A stretch of 64,000 nucleotides of DNA, filler included, from Ionaspis alba (lineage: Eukaryota): NCBI GenBank assembly GCA_964255285.1. It is 16 parts of 16 records of this genome, joined end to end, with 100 filler letters (N's around TTAATTAATTAA, not from the genome) between each part and the next. Parts side by side here need not be neighbours in the genome. Positions count along the whole stretch, not along the records: positions 8,321 to 12,375 come from CAXUUL010001143.1; positions 12,476 to 16,516 come from CAXUUL010001144.1; positions 16,617 to 20,657 come from CAXUUL010001145.1; positions 20,758 to 24,787 come from CAXUUL010001146.1; 12 more parts are not named here. The stretch is one strand, 5' to 3'. A program made the translations under genes and the position numbers. Each line of letters opens with the position of its first letter. Within the stretch, counting starts at the first letter, position 1. This document shows positions 12,107 through 24,887 of the stretch, in pieces. A model generated the notes under the pieces. The model saw nothing but the letters and a program-made list of their open reading frames with translations. It ran no database searches and was not told the origin of the DNA.

Positions 12107-13960
12107 GTGGTTGTGGGAGTTGGATGATTTGGAAAGTCAGGTGAGGAGATGCTGTCTTAAGGAATGGCGATGATGACCAGGAAGGAGATTGCTGAGAAGA
12201 GCTGTAACGATGTTACGACTCGGGACTGTCGCTACTACGAAAGGCTTTACTCTGCTCAAGAGAGGGAAAGACTCAGATAGGTGGCCGGACTGTTGGAACC
12301 TCTCTATGGCGTTCAGGATCGGTTGGCAATGGGCTTAGTTGCTTGTTTGCTACTTGCTTGCTTATTGAAGGCGTTNNNNNNNNNNNNNNNNNNNNNNNNN
12401 NNNNNNNNNNNNNNNNNNNTTAATTAATTAANNNNNNNNNNNNNNNNNNNNNNNNNNNNNNNNNNNNNNNNNNNNTATTCGGGAATTTTTTCTCACGACT
12501 GTGCCACAATACATTCAGTGAGGGGAAGATTGATTGCATCATGCCCTTTCCAAGCGAAAGAGTTTCTACCGTTCGACCTTATTCACGATTCGAATTTCAC
12601 TTATTGCCCTGACACGTTCCTAGGGCTTCTTTTGCTCTTTGCCAGTGGAATCTACTTCTAATTCGAGCGGGGCTTGACTGAGGCGGGTGCAATGTACGGC
12701 ATACTGCGACGCTTGTTGTGTACACTGGTGGGGTGTTTTGGAGATTGCGAAAAACCTTTGGTGATGGAGCTTTTGTATAGCGCTCAGTTCTTTCTAATGT
12801 ATGTTACATAATTTGATGCTTGTTGAAAATTCGGAGATGATGTCGATATGTCGTCGTCCAGAGCCTTCCACTAGTGAAAGAATATGCATTTAGGAATACC
12901 ATGGCGGCATCGGTGATTGCCACATCAGCGCTACCAAGTCTTCGGCGAGAGACATCGCCAACTTGAGGTGTATTGCTAGGTCCGCCAGGTCTAGGATTAG
13001 AAGGTTCCTGGCTTGCCGGTAGGCGGTGCGGCTTTTTCGCATGCAGCCCTGTTACCACTTGAATTTCGAAGCTGGTGTCTACAGTTGTGGAAGCTAGTTT
13101 CGATGCCGCTTATTTAGATGACCGCGATAATTCGCATTCCGTGAAACACGTCTGCCAAGCCCACGCTGAGACTATCATTCCAAAGGTGATCTAACCCCAA
13201 TCCTGGTTCCTATCTCGTTCCTTCTATCCAAGCTTTCTGATTTGTTCTCATCCTTCTTGGCCAAACTTTATTAACTGTTATTGTTTCCTCATTCTACACC
13301 TACATAGCGAATATAGCTACCTTATGGCTCCCTCAGCCAATAGAGAAACCTAGCTCCAATTGAACCCTGGAAATGTCAAATTGAACCTTGAGAACATTTC
13401 AAATCCAAAGCTCAGTCATAATCGAATCCACATGGTTTAGAGCTGGTATAGGAAAATCAAAACAACTCGGTTTGATTCTATCATGAAGTACTAAGTTGTT
13501 GAGTCACGACTGCGCAACCATCTATGGGGGGCTGGTCTCTGTAGTGTGTAACTCTGTCGATTGATTGTAGAGTAAAAGGAGTACTATATTCATACGCTAG
13601 TCACGTGCACTAGCGTACCCTTAGCCCCTTGGCAACCCCTATGCCTGAATCCTGACCTAATATAAGTGGCCTGGATCTGGAAGGGTTATTGGAAATAAGA
13701 CGACAATCTTCTGACAAATGTTATAATGCCGCGGCCAATAGTACAGCTTCCTCTTAACTTCTTTACAATTACCAAGAGACCTTGGAAATCGAAAATCTCC
13801 ATCGTATAGCATCTTTACGCATTAGAGAACACTAAAGTTTCCACATATGCATGGAATCTACTATACTTAGAGGCTTAGAAGTGCTATGTAAAGACGGTAC
13901 ATTAAGCGAGTAACCGCCAGAGTCAGTTCCGCAACGGCTGAAATATCCGATTTGACTCCG

Positions 13961-14625
13961 CTAGCGCCCCTCAATGTTCGCAGCCACGATATCGTGGAAA
14001 GTCTGGTCGATTGTTAGCATCAATTTGTTTAGCCAGAACATCCCTAATAGAGCGAGTATACCATGGTGTAAGCCGCCGCCTCTAATCTTAGCAATAGAGG
14101 AATTGCCTTCTTGTATGCTTCTGTCTCGGTCGAGCTCTTGAAATCATCCCTGCTTCTCCATCCGCGAACAAGAACAAAGCACCTAGCTTTTTCCTCTGAC
14201 ACACCCACGTGTTTCACCTCCCCTTCCATCCAACCATACGAGCAGCCGATGTTCCCCACAGCCTGCGACAAGAACGTCTCATTGAACTGCAAGAAGGCTG
14301 CTTGGACATCTTCCTGAAACTGGGACGTAACGCGTGAGGAGGGGAAGTAGTTTCGAACCATCTCCACAACATTGGCGGATGCTGTTTCCCCAGGTTGCCA
14401 AGGAGAGCAGTGAAAGGTTATACGTGAGGGTTGACCGGAGGCCAAGGAGGTGATTGCTGATGGCAGTGCGCTCTCGGATAAAACATGGATTTGAGCAGGC
14501 TCGGACTCCGCTCTGATTAACATAAAGGGTTGAGTAGAACTTTGTAGGGTATGTTGTAGGTGATGAGCTGCCTCTGGGAACATAGCAGCGTCGATATCAA
14601 ACGCTGTGATCTCGACGGTTGACAT
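13961..14625 (-). CDS. hypothetical protein, probable dimeric alpha/beta-barrel (ABM-like monooxygenase fold)
   Basis: 193-aa ORF with YGWMEGEV...FVLVRGWRSRDDFKSSTETEAY, a pattern like fungal ABM-type barrels. A probable last intron at about 14003-14060 gives the ending TFHDIVAANIEGR*. Confidence 0.6.
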
Positions 14626-14707
14626 TGCGAATAATCAATAGATAAAATAAATGATTCTTTGGAAATATCGTCATTGAATGGACTCATGTACAAGCACGAG
14701 GGCAACT

Positions 14708-14879
14708 CGGACTCCTTTAAGCAGCGTAATGAATCTCACTTCTCTAATGTAGATTCTGGGCTTCTCGTCAGGCTTTAAAAGTGATCCGGGGATTTGGTTG
14801 TCGGACTTCTATTAGAAATCCGTACTCCGAACGGACTCCGAGCGGACTCAGTTTTTCCGTAAATCCCGTCGAACTCCGA
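14708..14879. promoter_or_regulatory. cluster of CGGACTCC-like motifs upstream of the ABM-like gene
   Basis: CGGACTCC at 14708, CGGACTT at 14802, CGTACTCCG at 14821, CGGACTCCG at 14832, CGGACTCA at 14843 and CGAACTCCG at 14869. Confidence 0.45.
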
Positions 14880-17001
14880 TTTACGAGAGTCAGTTGCTTA
14901 ACCACGAGTTAATATTATAGGAACTGTATCTCCACACGGGGTTTCTTTTTCGATTGACTGAAAGGACTTCAAAGAATTGTGTCAACATTCAGAGTCCCGA
15001 CATTACGATCTTTTGCATATCCTTCAATCCACACAATTGGACAAAAAGGACATCAAATACATAAATACACGATGCACACCCAAGATGCAGGAGTCATTGG
15101 TTCAATGTACCTGAAGAAATAGAATATCCAAAGATTGGACTCGCGCTTCGGCAACATCATTCATTCATATGATAAGCCGGGCTCCAGATTCGACGGGAAA
15201 TGCTGCTGGCCTCGGCTCCGGCGTCTCGCCGCGAGACAGGCACGTTGACACCTTCCTCTCAATGGTCTTTCTGCAATGCAAATATCCTCGATCCAAGAAT
15301 TCCATTAGCATATATGTACATCACCTGCTAGATCATCGTGAACTGTCCTTGACGTTGGGCTTACCGAGCCTCATTCCATAGGATCATGTTTAATCTCCCC
15401 CAGGGCCTCTCCCTCGGCTGATAATTTCCTTCACCTCGGCGTAATTGATCCACTTTCAACAACATGCTGAAAAATACTACAAGCACAAGTAACTTTGAGC
15501 TCTCCAAAGCCAATCTCAAGCGCAATCTCACCATCACGCCCCACACGTCACCCACCAACGGCTGCGGCTTTTCTTGACTTTTCTCTCTCCATCTTGCACC
15601 CGTAAGTTTCCCCTGACACCTTCCACATACAGTTACAGCCGTTGACTCTAGGGGGCTTGGTAGTCGTCAAACCCAATTACGACTGCAGCACTTACGAGGG
15701 CTTCTCTTGTTCGCGGCCCTCCCCCTACTAGATGGGCTCCCATCAAAATTGCGAAATGGTATTTCATCACTTTGCAGACAAGCGCAGTCCCTGTAGGTTC
15801 GTGTCGTTATTGTCTATTACGAGTCAATTCCCTGTGGAGATCTAGCCATCGGAATCATTGTCTTCCTCATCGCCGTGTGGCTTACTGCTCCTTCTGCTTG
15901 GAGGCGATGCCCAAGAAATGTTTGTGCGCGATGGAAGAGTTCGCGACCGTGCCTCTCTTCGACGTTGTTGCATAAATCCTTAACGGCATGGTAGCAGTCT
16001 TAGCTGTATCAGCTTCCAACAGCTCTAACAACATCTCCATTATTTGTTTCATTTGCCTAATGATCCTGCGCTGCGGCGCTGATGATTATACTCTTTGGCT
16101 TCTTACAGTATGTGTGTGCGTGTTCGGAAACCACCGCAACCGGTCTTCCTGATCCTACTCCTCCTTGTGGATTTTCTGCGTCAGCGTGCATTGCTTTTCG
16201 ACCAATGAAATGGCTGGTCGTGGCCTATAGCCGCAGAGACGTGGGTTTTCCTCTTTTCCATGTGTCGCGATGGGGAAGAGATTTTGCAATTTTCAACCAC
16301 GTAAGGAAGTAATCAAGTGTTTCTTGCTTATTCGTGCGATCACGGAGAACAAATTTCGCTTGTGTGTGCTGTTTCGCTTGTCAAGGACAGGGCACAGTTG
16401 TGGTCGGTCGCGACAAGGGTTTCCTGCCAGGTACGAGGGACGAAATTCCAGGAACAAAACAACAGCAGCAACCGAGTCTCAGCGGTAAGGTTCCGGCACT
16501 TCTTTGCAAGCTTACCNNNNNNNNNNNNNNNNNNNNNNNNNNNNNNNNNNNNNNNNNNNNTTAATTAATTAANNNNNNNNNNNNNNNNNNNNNNNNNNNN
16601 NNNNNNNNNNNNNNNNTTACTTCCAATTGGATCAGTAGAGAAAAAAAAATTGTTTCGATATATGTTATACTTATTGCAGGTGTGCACTTGCTTTACAAAG
16701 CTAGGTATTGTAATATTGGACTTGCACCAATCACCTTTTTGAGTTTAATCGTTTTAGACTGACGAAAACGTGCTTGCTTAATAAGATCTCTGTCTTGGCC
16801 TTATTATTAAGGTAAACCGATTGTTATAACAACGAAGGATCATCTTCGTTTGTGATTTCTCAGGTAATTGAACTTTGTTTTATTCTGGTTAGCCCCTAAA
16901 AGGTTTTATTGTTGTATTTGATAATATTAACGTATTACCCCGCTTTCCCCGTACCAGATTCAGCGAAATAAGTTAATTATTATCCAATTTTTTGTCGGCA
17001 A

Positions 17002-17087
17002 GGCCTGCGTGAGTTTCGAACCCACAACCTATCCGTTTCGGAAAACAGATAGGCTTCCGATGGTACTCGCCGCTGTACCACCAAGCC
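17002..17087 (-). ncRNA. tRNA-like element (tRNA pseudogene or tRNA-derived SINE head) with atypical anticodon arm
   Basis: Minus strand reads GGCTTGG-TG-GTAC-AGCGGCGA-GTAC...GTGGG-TTCGAAA-CTCAC-GCAGGCC. It has an acceptor stem (6 of 7 pairs), D stem, T stem and A/B boxes, but no canonical 7-nt anticodon loop. Confidence 0.6.
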
Positions 17088-17575
17088 TTTGGATCAGTAG
17101 AGAGTACTGTTGCTTGATAAAAACAATTTTATTGCATGATCAGACGTTGGCTAATTCTACAGTGCACCATGCGATTGCTGGTCAACCCGACGTGAACACC
17201 AGGAAGTTGCATGTGTTGATAATGTCATATTTCCGAGATCAATTCCGCATGCCTGAGCACAAGTGACCTCTGCCTGATGGGATTACGATAAAGCAAAGAA
17301 GCTGTGTAGACGGATAACACCAAGAAGGGTAGCGAGACTACTTGAACACGAATCACAAGGGTATCAAGATGAGAGAACGAGAGAGTGATTTGAGTTGTGA
17401 ATTATAAGAAGCTAATGCTAAGCTAAACAAACCAAAACGCGATATCCTGATCCAAGTATCGAGAACTAAAAGCTAACACGAGTATTCTGACAGACCGAAA
17501 CAAAAGAACAATCCCAGACCCAAAGCGACCCAATCTCAAACCAAACGATATCCAAAATCCTGCGCGCCAAACAAT

Positions 17576-19150
17576 CTATAAGCTGATCGGTGCGTACATC
17601 CGAGGCTTCTTCGCGGCCTTTTTCCCGGCCTTCGATCGGCTCCACTTGTCCATCTTCTCCAACAACTCCATGGCTGCTGGCTCCAGGTTGCTGTCCCCTT
17701 GATTGGGAAGCTCGGAGTAGTCCTCGTACTCTTGGGACTCCACGTGGCAGTGACACTTGTCGGCCTCACAGTAGCAAGGGTCGACAAAATAGTCATTATG
17801 ACACTCGTATAGTGCCTTCAATCCAATGACCTCCATCCGGCGATTGACGGCATTGATGGTTTGCTGGAAGTACTGCCCATGGTCTCTGTCAAGATCGGTC
17901 CAGAGCCAGGTCCTGACATTCAGAGGGGTCCTCACTTGGAGGTATACGTGCACCATTTCGTGCACGAGAGTTCCCCACATCTCCTCCCAATGGGTACGGC
18001 CAGGAGCCGAAGGTTTGCTGCTGAAGATGACGTCGGCATTCAACACGATCTCGCAGGAGTAGGACCGCTTGTCATGCTTTTCGTCCAGAGTCCCGTACCT
18101 CCACCGATGAAAGCCCCAGCTGTGGGCGCCAGCGATCTTCATCTCATTGGTCTCATCTCTGGTCGTCCATCGGAGACGCACATAGTCGGTGAGGTAGCCA
18201 TGGAAGAAGGCAATGTCCAGGTCTCGGAACACTTTGAAGACGATGTCAGGGCCCCAGTAGGGGAGTGTTCTGAGGCACTGGAGACGAGCAATGGCGGCCA
18301 AGATCCTGGGATTATCGCACCAGTCGAACTCGATACCATGGGCTGCATCCCGGACCCCTATCCGCTTGTCGGAGGAAGTGCTACAGGCATCCTTGTGCGA
18401 AGGGCCTCTCCAGGTCTTTTCGAGCAGGTCGTGGGACACGGGGTAGGGGGTGCCGTCAAAGATCGACGGATGGTCGGCCCGGAACATCGCGCGGATGTGG
18501 CTGCAGGAGTCGTTGCTGCAAAGGGTGTTGCAGTTCTTGAAGGTGCCGGCGGAGTGGAGAGAGCAGGGGCCAGTGGGAGGGCGGATCAGAGGAGTCGAAG
18601 CACCATTCTTCAGGACGGGAAGCAAGAGAGGATTACCATCGCTGCCTTTCGCTATGACGGCGGTGATATCGGCGGCGGTGACTAGGCCGATATTGGCAGG
18701 AGCTTTAGCGACGGAGGAAGCGGTGATGGGGGCAGGAACGGAGGCAATGGGGGCGGCAGCGAGGGAGGAAGGCGAGGGAGCGACAGGCTTCAATGCCTGG
18801 AAAAGGATAGGTTCCGCGGCGGGTTCGTCCAGAAGATTCGGAGCGGTGGTGGAGGAGTCGGTGCAGCAGACAATCGCGGCCTGGACGGAAGGCTTGGTAG
18901 TCTTTGAAGCTGCTGAGGAAGAGGAGGCAACCTTTCGAGGTCTGGAAGTGGCGGCGGAAGAAGAGACAGACTTGCGGATCCAGCGAGAGGCGAAAAGAGA
19001 AGCGGAAGGGGAAACGAAAGGCATCGATGGCCCAGACGAAGTCGACGAAGAGTCCGAAGAGAGATCCACGAGGGGAGAGGAAGCAGCGGCGGAGCCGGAG
19101 GCGGAGCAATGGGACGATGCCCGGAACGAAGAGTGAGTGGTGCAACACAT
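17576..19150 (-). CDS. SprT-like zinc metalloprotease-domain protein with Ser/Ala-rich N-terminus, apparently intronless
   Basis: FRDLDIAFFHGYL...VRLRW, WGTLVHEMVHVYL (HExxH) and DHGQYFQ. A Cys/His cluster ECH..PCYCEADKCHCH follows. TATA-like CATAAAAA at about 19400. Confidence 0.8.
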   Translation of the reverse strand: MCCTTHSSFRASSHCSASGSAAASSPLVDLSSDSSSTSSGPSMPFVSPSASLFASRWIRKSVSSSAATSRPRKVASSSSAASKTTKPSVQAAIVCCTDSSTTAPNLLDEPAAEPILFQALKPVAPSPSSLAAAPIASVPAPITASSVAKAPANIGLVTAADITAVIAKGSDGNPLLLPVLKNGASTPLIRPPTGPCSLHSAGTFKNCNTLCSNDSCSHIRAMFRADHPSIFDGTPYPVSHDLLEKTWRGPSHKDACSTSSDKRIGVRDAAHGIEFDWCDNPRILAAIARLQCLRTLPYWGPDIVFKVFRDLDIAFFHGYLTDYVRLRWTTRDETNEMKIAGAHSWGFHRWRYGTLDEKHDKRSYSCEIVLNADVIFSSKPSAPGRTHWEEMWGTLVHEMVHVYLQVRTPLNVRTWLWTDLDRDHGQYFQQTINAVNRRMEVIGLKALYECHNDYFVDPCYCEADKCHCHVESQEYEDYSELPNQGDSNLEPAAMELLEKMDKWSRSKAGKKAAKKPRMYAPISL

Positions 19151-21776
19151 GGCTGCTACGTCCTGACTGGACGGAAGGCTGGTTTCGATGAGGAAACGAA
19201 GAAGCATACAGACGCTAGTCTGTTGGTTCAGAAAAAGTTGGGAGCACAATGCTCAAGGCTGTTTGGTAAGTATTGTTCGTCAATAGCAGAATGCTAGAAA
19301 GAGTTTGTTCGTCAGAAAGAGTTGGATCCGATAGCTTGACCAGTGAACACGTAGTTACTGGCTGAAGAGAAAAGGAGGGACTGGGGGGGAGGCCCCCTTT
19401 TATGGGGATCTGGGTACAGTGCCAAGTTGATGTGATATGAGTAGCGCCTGAGAACCTTTACATATTCATTTATAAAATCGGGAACAGCTAACCATGAGTA
19501 GGTGAATACTATACAGAGCTAGTGGGTGCAGAAGTCGACAGATCATCATCGAAGCAGCGTGGAGCAATCAATACAGGCCGTAGACACCTAGCCTGAAGCC
19601 AAGATGCACCGATAACGGACAGCATTAGGTAAGTCACCACACAGCCAGCAATGTGTCCTCTTCACAGACTAGCATTTATGCTTCAATGGCTTTACACTTC
19701 CGTGGTTGGCCTCGAATACATTCGTTGAAGCGCACCCGAAGTGTCGTCTGCAAAAAGATATAATACAAAATGGGCAAGGAATTGGGTAAGCAAGATCCTA
19801 AAGCATACTTCTGAGTATATCCACTCCCTTGCAATTGGCACCCCCAAGTTGTTCATGATACTGGAACTGCCATCGAGGATCCTTAAACATCCTCTGAATG
19901 CACACCCTCCTTTCTTTCCATACAAGGCGGGTCTACTGGCCAGAGTCAATGAGCGACTTACTGACCTTGACACCTGAGTCTTCGACACGAGACTGGCCCA
20001 CGCATCCTGTCAAGTGCGAAAAACCGGAGTGCCTGGACTCGAGGACAACTGTGCTACCAAACAGGACGTGTCGTTATCGAAACCCATTTTTGAAAGGGTT
20101 GAGGTAAGCGAACCCCTGATTCGGATGCCGACCCGTGGTAGGCGAGGCGGCTCCAAGGTCCAGAGAAAAATGCGGAGCGGTTGAACTAAAGTAGCGCGCC
20201 AGGAACGAAAATTCAGAGGCCAAGATACTCAATGTTCCTGAATGAAGATTCTTAGAGCAATCTATTCAAAAGCTTAAGTCCGTGCCTGGGGGTCCTTGGC
20301 ATGAATGTTCGTGGATGGCTGTGTCTTCTCAGGAGAAAATTTCGTTGGCCAAGTTGCCGAGCATGTGGTGAGCTGTACTTATCCAACCTTATCTTGATTT
20401 CAATTCGACCTTTTGCGATCTTTCACCTTGCAAATGTGCCTGTGCCTGGTGCCTGAGGTCTTGTTCCTGACTAGTTCCTGATTCTCCGTTGCTAAGTTTG
20501 ATTCTCAAGTCTTGTGCCTGTTGCTTAGCAGCTACGACGTGGCCTAACTAGTCGACTTCGTCGTTCGAATCTAAATTGACGTCGCTGCTCAATCTGTATG
20601 TGTTGTAGTTCTTAGATTCATGTTCCACTTCATGCATGTTGGAGGATCTCAACAATGNNNNNNNNNNNNNNNNNNNNNNNNNNNNNNNNNNNNNNNNNNN
20701 NTTAATTAATTAANNNNNNNNNNNNNNNNNNNNNNNNNNNNNNNNNNNNNNNNNNNNGGCAACACCATGATCTCGTGCTGCGATAGCTGCAAGTGTCCAG
20801 CTAGATAGGTAAATCTTGGACAGTCTGGACGTGGAGACAAGGGATAGGAAGTGGAGGGGTCCAGTAGCTACCCTTGCCCGCGGAAGAAGAAGAGTAAGTC
20901 TCGGGAGGAAATATGCAGCACATCGGGAGTAAGTCACGAGGTAGCACCCAGTATTCGTTCACTTCTGGTTACTCAACCTCTACCAGCTACATGTTCTCTG
21001 TCACACTCTCACAGGTAGCAAAGAAGATAAGACGGACTTTCTCAACCACGTTCAATTATATCCTATAAAGCTATCTCTCCCACTCTCTAGAATCATGCCT
21101 GGCATATCTCCTAAAGGCTTCCTAACATGCATCCAGTACATGACCTCCCGTCACCACTGACCCTTGTGGGCGGCGAGGAAAAACAACCCGAGACCAAGGT
21201 AACGAACAAAAAGAAGCCGGCTCAACATTGTGTCTTTATCGATGCAGATATAGAGCGACACGGCCGGCTTGGTATACAACACACCCATAGACGCCGACCA
21301 CCAGCTCAACCCCGTTTCTGCCAACTGTGCTCATTTCCTCACTCCCCTCCCTTTTCTCCTCGTTCTTCATCCCCAACCACTGTTTCAAATCAACAGCCTT
21401 TCCTGCAGCCACAAGAAAGGCAAAATCTCAAGCGCACCCACCCAATGCAGATAATGCAACAGTAGCGGACCAAAAAAACAAAAGGCATCTAGCATATATA
21501 CAACAGCCTACCTCACCCCTCTTCCCACGGAAGAGGGGCCGATAGACTGGAAAACGAGAGAAGCCATCAAGGCTAAGCCGGCTATGTACAGCGTACAAGC
21601 GGAAATAATATTAGCGACACGGGAAGAAGCAGGAGAGCCGTAATGTATTTGGATTCGGTTGTTCTGGCGAGGAACGAAGAGGAGGCGTGTCTCGTGTTCG
21701 GTTATGAGCATGGAAGGTTTGATGACCGCTGAAACCGCTATGCAGGAAACATTCTATACAAACGAAGTCGAGGGTA

Positions 21777-24161
21777 TCATGAGGATCTGATCGGGACACT
21801 GGAGTCGACTGCTTGGCACTTGTCGACAAGGGCGTTCTTGGGCCAATCATGAGAAGTTTGTTCCCTAGAAGATCAGAAATCAGCATTCGGTTTCGAAAGG
21901 ATAAACCAGCGGAACTTACCAAAGAGTCTTATTTTGATTGTAATAAGCATCCCTATGGGCATTGATATAATCCGTCGTCTCCATGCCCGGTGGATCACAG
22001 GTAACACTCGCGGAGTCAGGATCCTGGTAGATGCGCACATAGTCGAAGCGCATGGTTGCAGGCATGAGTGGCGCCAAGCCGGTCAAGTTGAGAGCTGCGA
22101 AACTGTTCGACATGCCGAAGTTCATGATGAGGGACATTGGCTCCGTGGGGACAACGCGTTGGCCAACATTGCCGTTTGGTCGTACGGATCGTGCATCCAT
22201 CTTCCAGGTCGAGTCTTTCCCGACAAACCAGCTGATCTGACCCTGTGAACCAGGCGTGTATTCGAAGGCGAATGTTTGGTAGTTGTTTCCATTGTACCAT
22301 TCGTTGTTAAGGTTGGAGACTCCAGACATCGCCTGCTGGAAGGGTCCTCCTCGGTAGGCGTTCATGAGTGTTATTGATGGATCGTACACTTCGACGTATT
22401 CTGACAATAATTAACATTTGATAATTATGACAAAAGACAAGATGTTCTCGCGGCCACTTACCATAATCTGGCGCATACCAGATATCAAACGGCGCAAACT
22501 GCACACTCTGAGAAGCCACTCCCACCATATTCTTCTTCGTATCCAACGGCCCCACCGAAGCTTCAATAACATCGATCTCAGGTGCAGACCGTGATTTCCC
22601 AGGAGTTGGATGATCCTCGCCATCGCAGGTACAAGCCGGCAGACGCATGCCAGGTAAGAGGTTCAAACCATCCGACTGACTCTGGTTCTTGGTAATCCCA
22701 GCATCACACACATTCTCATAGCTGTACGGCCACATGCCATCTGTTGTAGCTGCATAACCTGGTCTTCCAAGATTTCCCATCGCCCAAAAACCAGGCCAGA
22801 ACCCAATTGTATCTCCCCGCCCTGGTAGCGAAATTGCTGCTTCGAGATGACCTCCAGTGAAACACAGTTGATTCCATGACTGTACCATCCCGGATCTGTA
22901 GTTGAGGCCGTGGTTTTGGAATGCATCGAACCGGATTTCGAGGACACCGTCCTTCGTTGTTACCGCATCCGGATCATACCACTATGGTCATTTAGCTGTA
23001 GTTCTAAGATCGCGAGAGAATATAGACGAACCTCTAGATCTTGCGTCACTCCATACCACAAATCGACAGCTGTGAAATAGGCATCATCTCCAGGGTAGAA
23101 CGTCCGACCAGGTTTATTGAACTCATCGGAGAACTAGAAACGTAAGCTTGTGACCCAATTAATGCCTTAATGATGGTCCTTACCACAAGATTCAATTGCC
23201 TGCCATCAATGGAAGTCTTGCTCATCGCTGATTTTGGTGTGTCGGGGTCTATCAGACCGTACCGTATATTACTGAGTAATGACATTTTTCCAACATGGAG
23301 GCAGTCTGGATTGTTGGCGCACGGGTCTCCCGTGCCTGTGTATCTCTGAACGAAGCTCCTAAGAATATGTCAGCAATGCGCTGGAAAGGAGCTTCACGGC
23401 CAGGCGCGTGAGTTTTATGCCATGTGATCCAAGCGCAAGGACCACCAGGGAGGATACACATACAAGACTGGATATCCAATAAAGAGAATCAGAACTCCCA
23501 GGGTCAAAAACGCCAGACCTCCCACATTGACCAGTCCTCTTTTCGTAAATATATCGCATTCCCTATGTTCTTTCTCATTCGGATCCGGATTGTGAAGCCA
23601 GTCGTCCTTTTCCACATCCTCGGGAAACAAAAGCAGTCCAGCAGAAGGTAAGATGTTGTACTTTTCCGAGACCGTCTGCGTATTCACATCTCCATCATCA
23701 CTTCCTGCTCTTGAAGGCGCCCTCGAGTCATCGAATGGATTTGAACCGTATACTCTGCTGTCCCTGCTTCCACCCTCAGAACTCCAACTCGTCCTTCTCG
23801 ACGATAATCCAGATGGCGATCTGAATCCCATAGGATCTGGAGATCCTCTGGCTGATGCATCGTCATCCCGAAACCTGTGTGTTCTCGATCTTGTAGGAGG
23901 GAGAAGTCGTTCCGAAGCTGCAGAATCTAAGGGATTGTTTGGACTGTAAAGTCCTTGATATGATGGTTGAGTGCGAATTGGAGGAGGCACAGGTGCCCTA
24001 TTTTGGAGTGCTCTGTTTGGTGGTATGAGGGAGCGTCCTCCAGAGTCTTGCCGTGAGGGAGGTGCTGGTCTTGTGGTTGTTGGTTGTCCTGTAAGAAGAT
24101 CGTCTTGGTTGGAATTGAGTCTGATGTGAGGAGCAGCTCTGCCAGCGCCAGGTGCTGACAT
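21777..24161 (-). CDS. KRE6: beta-1,6-glucan synthesis-associated GH16 protein (Kre6/Skn1), multi-exon
   Basis: EKDDWLHNPDP, a TM segment, LIDPDTP, QSWNQLCFTGG, FWAMGNLGRPGY, catalytic APEIDVIE and MRFDYVRIYQ. The last exon encodes WEQTSHDWPKN. Confidence 0.95.
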
Positions 24162-24887
24162 GACGGTAAACGAGTGATGCCTTTGTCCTTGCGGACGAAG
24201 GGCAAATCGGTTTATTGATCAACCGCAGACACTGGTGGTGCGTCGGGGAGATTTAAATTGCGGCGAGAGATTCCAACGGTCGCGGAAAAACAGGTGCCAG
24301 CCTCCCCTCCCAACCAGAATTGCCTCCCGAAGAAGATCTCCAGTATGTTATCCGGGCGCAATGATACCGAGCAATGGTCGTGGAAGGAGCAAGTTGAATA
24401 GCCGTGCAATTCTGGATCCGATTGATGTCGCTGTGGAGGCAACGCGCAAGATTAAATCTCTCCTATCGAGGTGAGAAGCTAGTGGCTCTGGGCAAAGGAC
24501 AGAGCAAATCGGGAATCAAGAGAACGTGGGTAATTCGTAAAGAGTCTCTCTATGATCGTAAGTAGCATGAAAAGTGAATGTCGCGAAGCTTCTGTAATTT
24601 TGAGTCGAAGAAACCGGAGGATGAGGTCGATGTTGGTTTGTGGAGAATAGTAAGAATCTGGTGGTTGAAGGGAGGTTGCTAAGGCAGGTACACTACTTTC
24701 GGCCCCTGTTCAAGGGTAGGCAGGTTTTGTCGCTCCCACCAATTTCATTGCCTACGAGTACACCCGTGCACTCCGGGCGTGGCAAATNNNNNNNNNNNNN
24801 NNNNNNNNNNNNNNNNNNNNNNNNNNNNNNNTTAATTAATTAANNNNNNNNNNNNNNNNNNNNNNNNNNNNNNNNNNNNNNNNNNNN

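Noticed and set aside
15560..16516. Coding-like sequence on the minus strand
   Set aside because: The frame I translated has many stops and no family can be recognised. It may be an old pseudogene but I cannot support that.
17861..19136. Long plus-strand ORFs (274 and 228 aa)
   Set aside because: They are antisense shadows of the GC-rich SprT-like CDS and have no recognisable motifs.
19690..20657. Short GTGCCTG/GTTCCTG repeats and a possible degraded minus-strand ORF
   Set aside because: The repeats are short and irregular, the translation has multiple stops, and no domain is identifiable.
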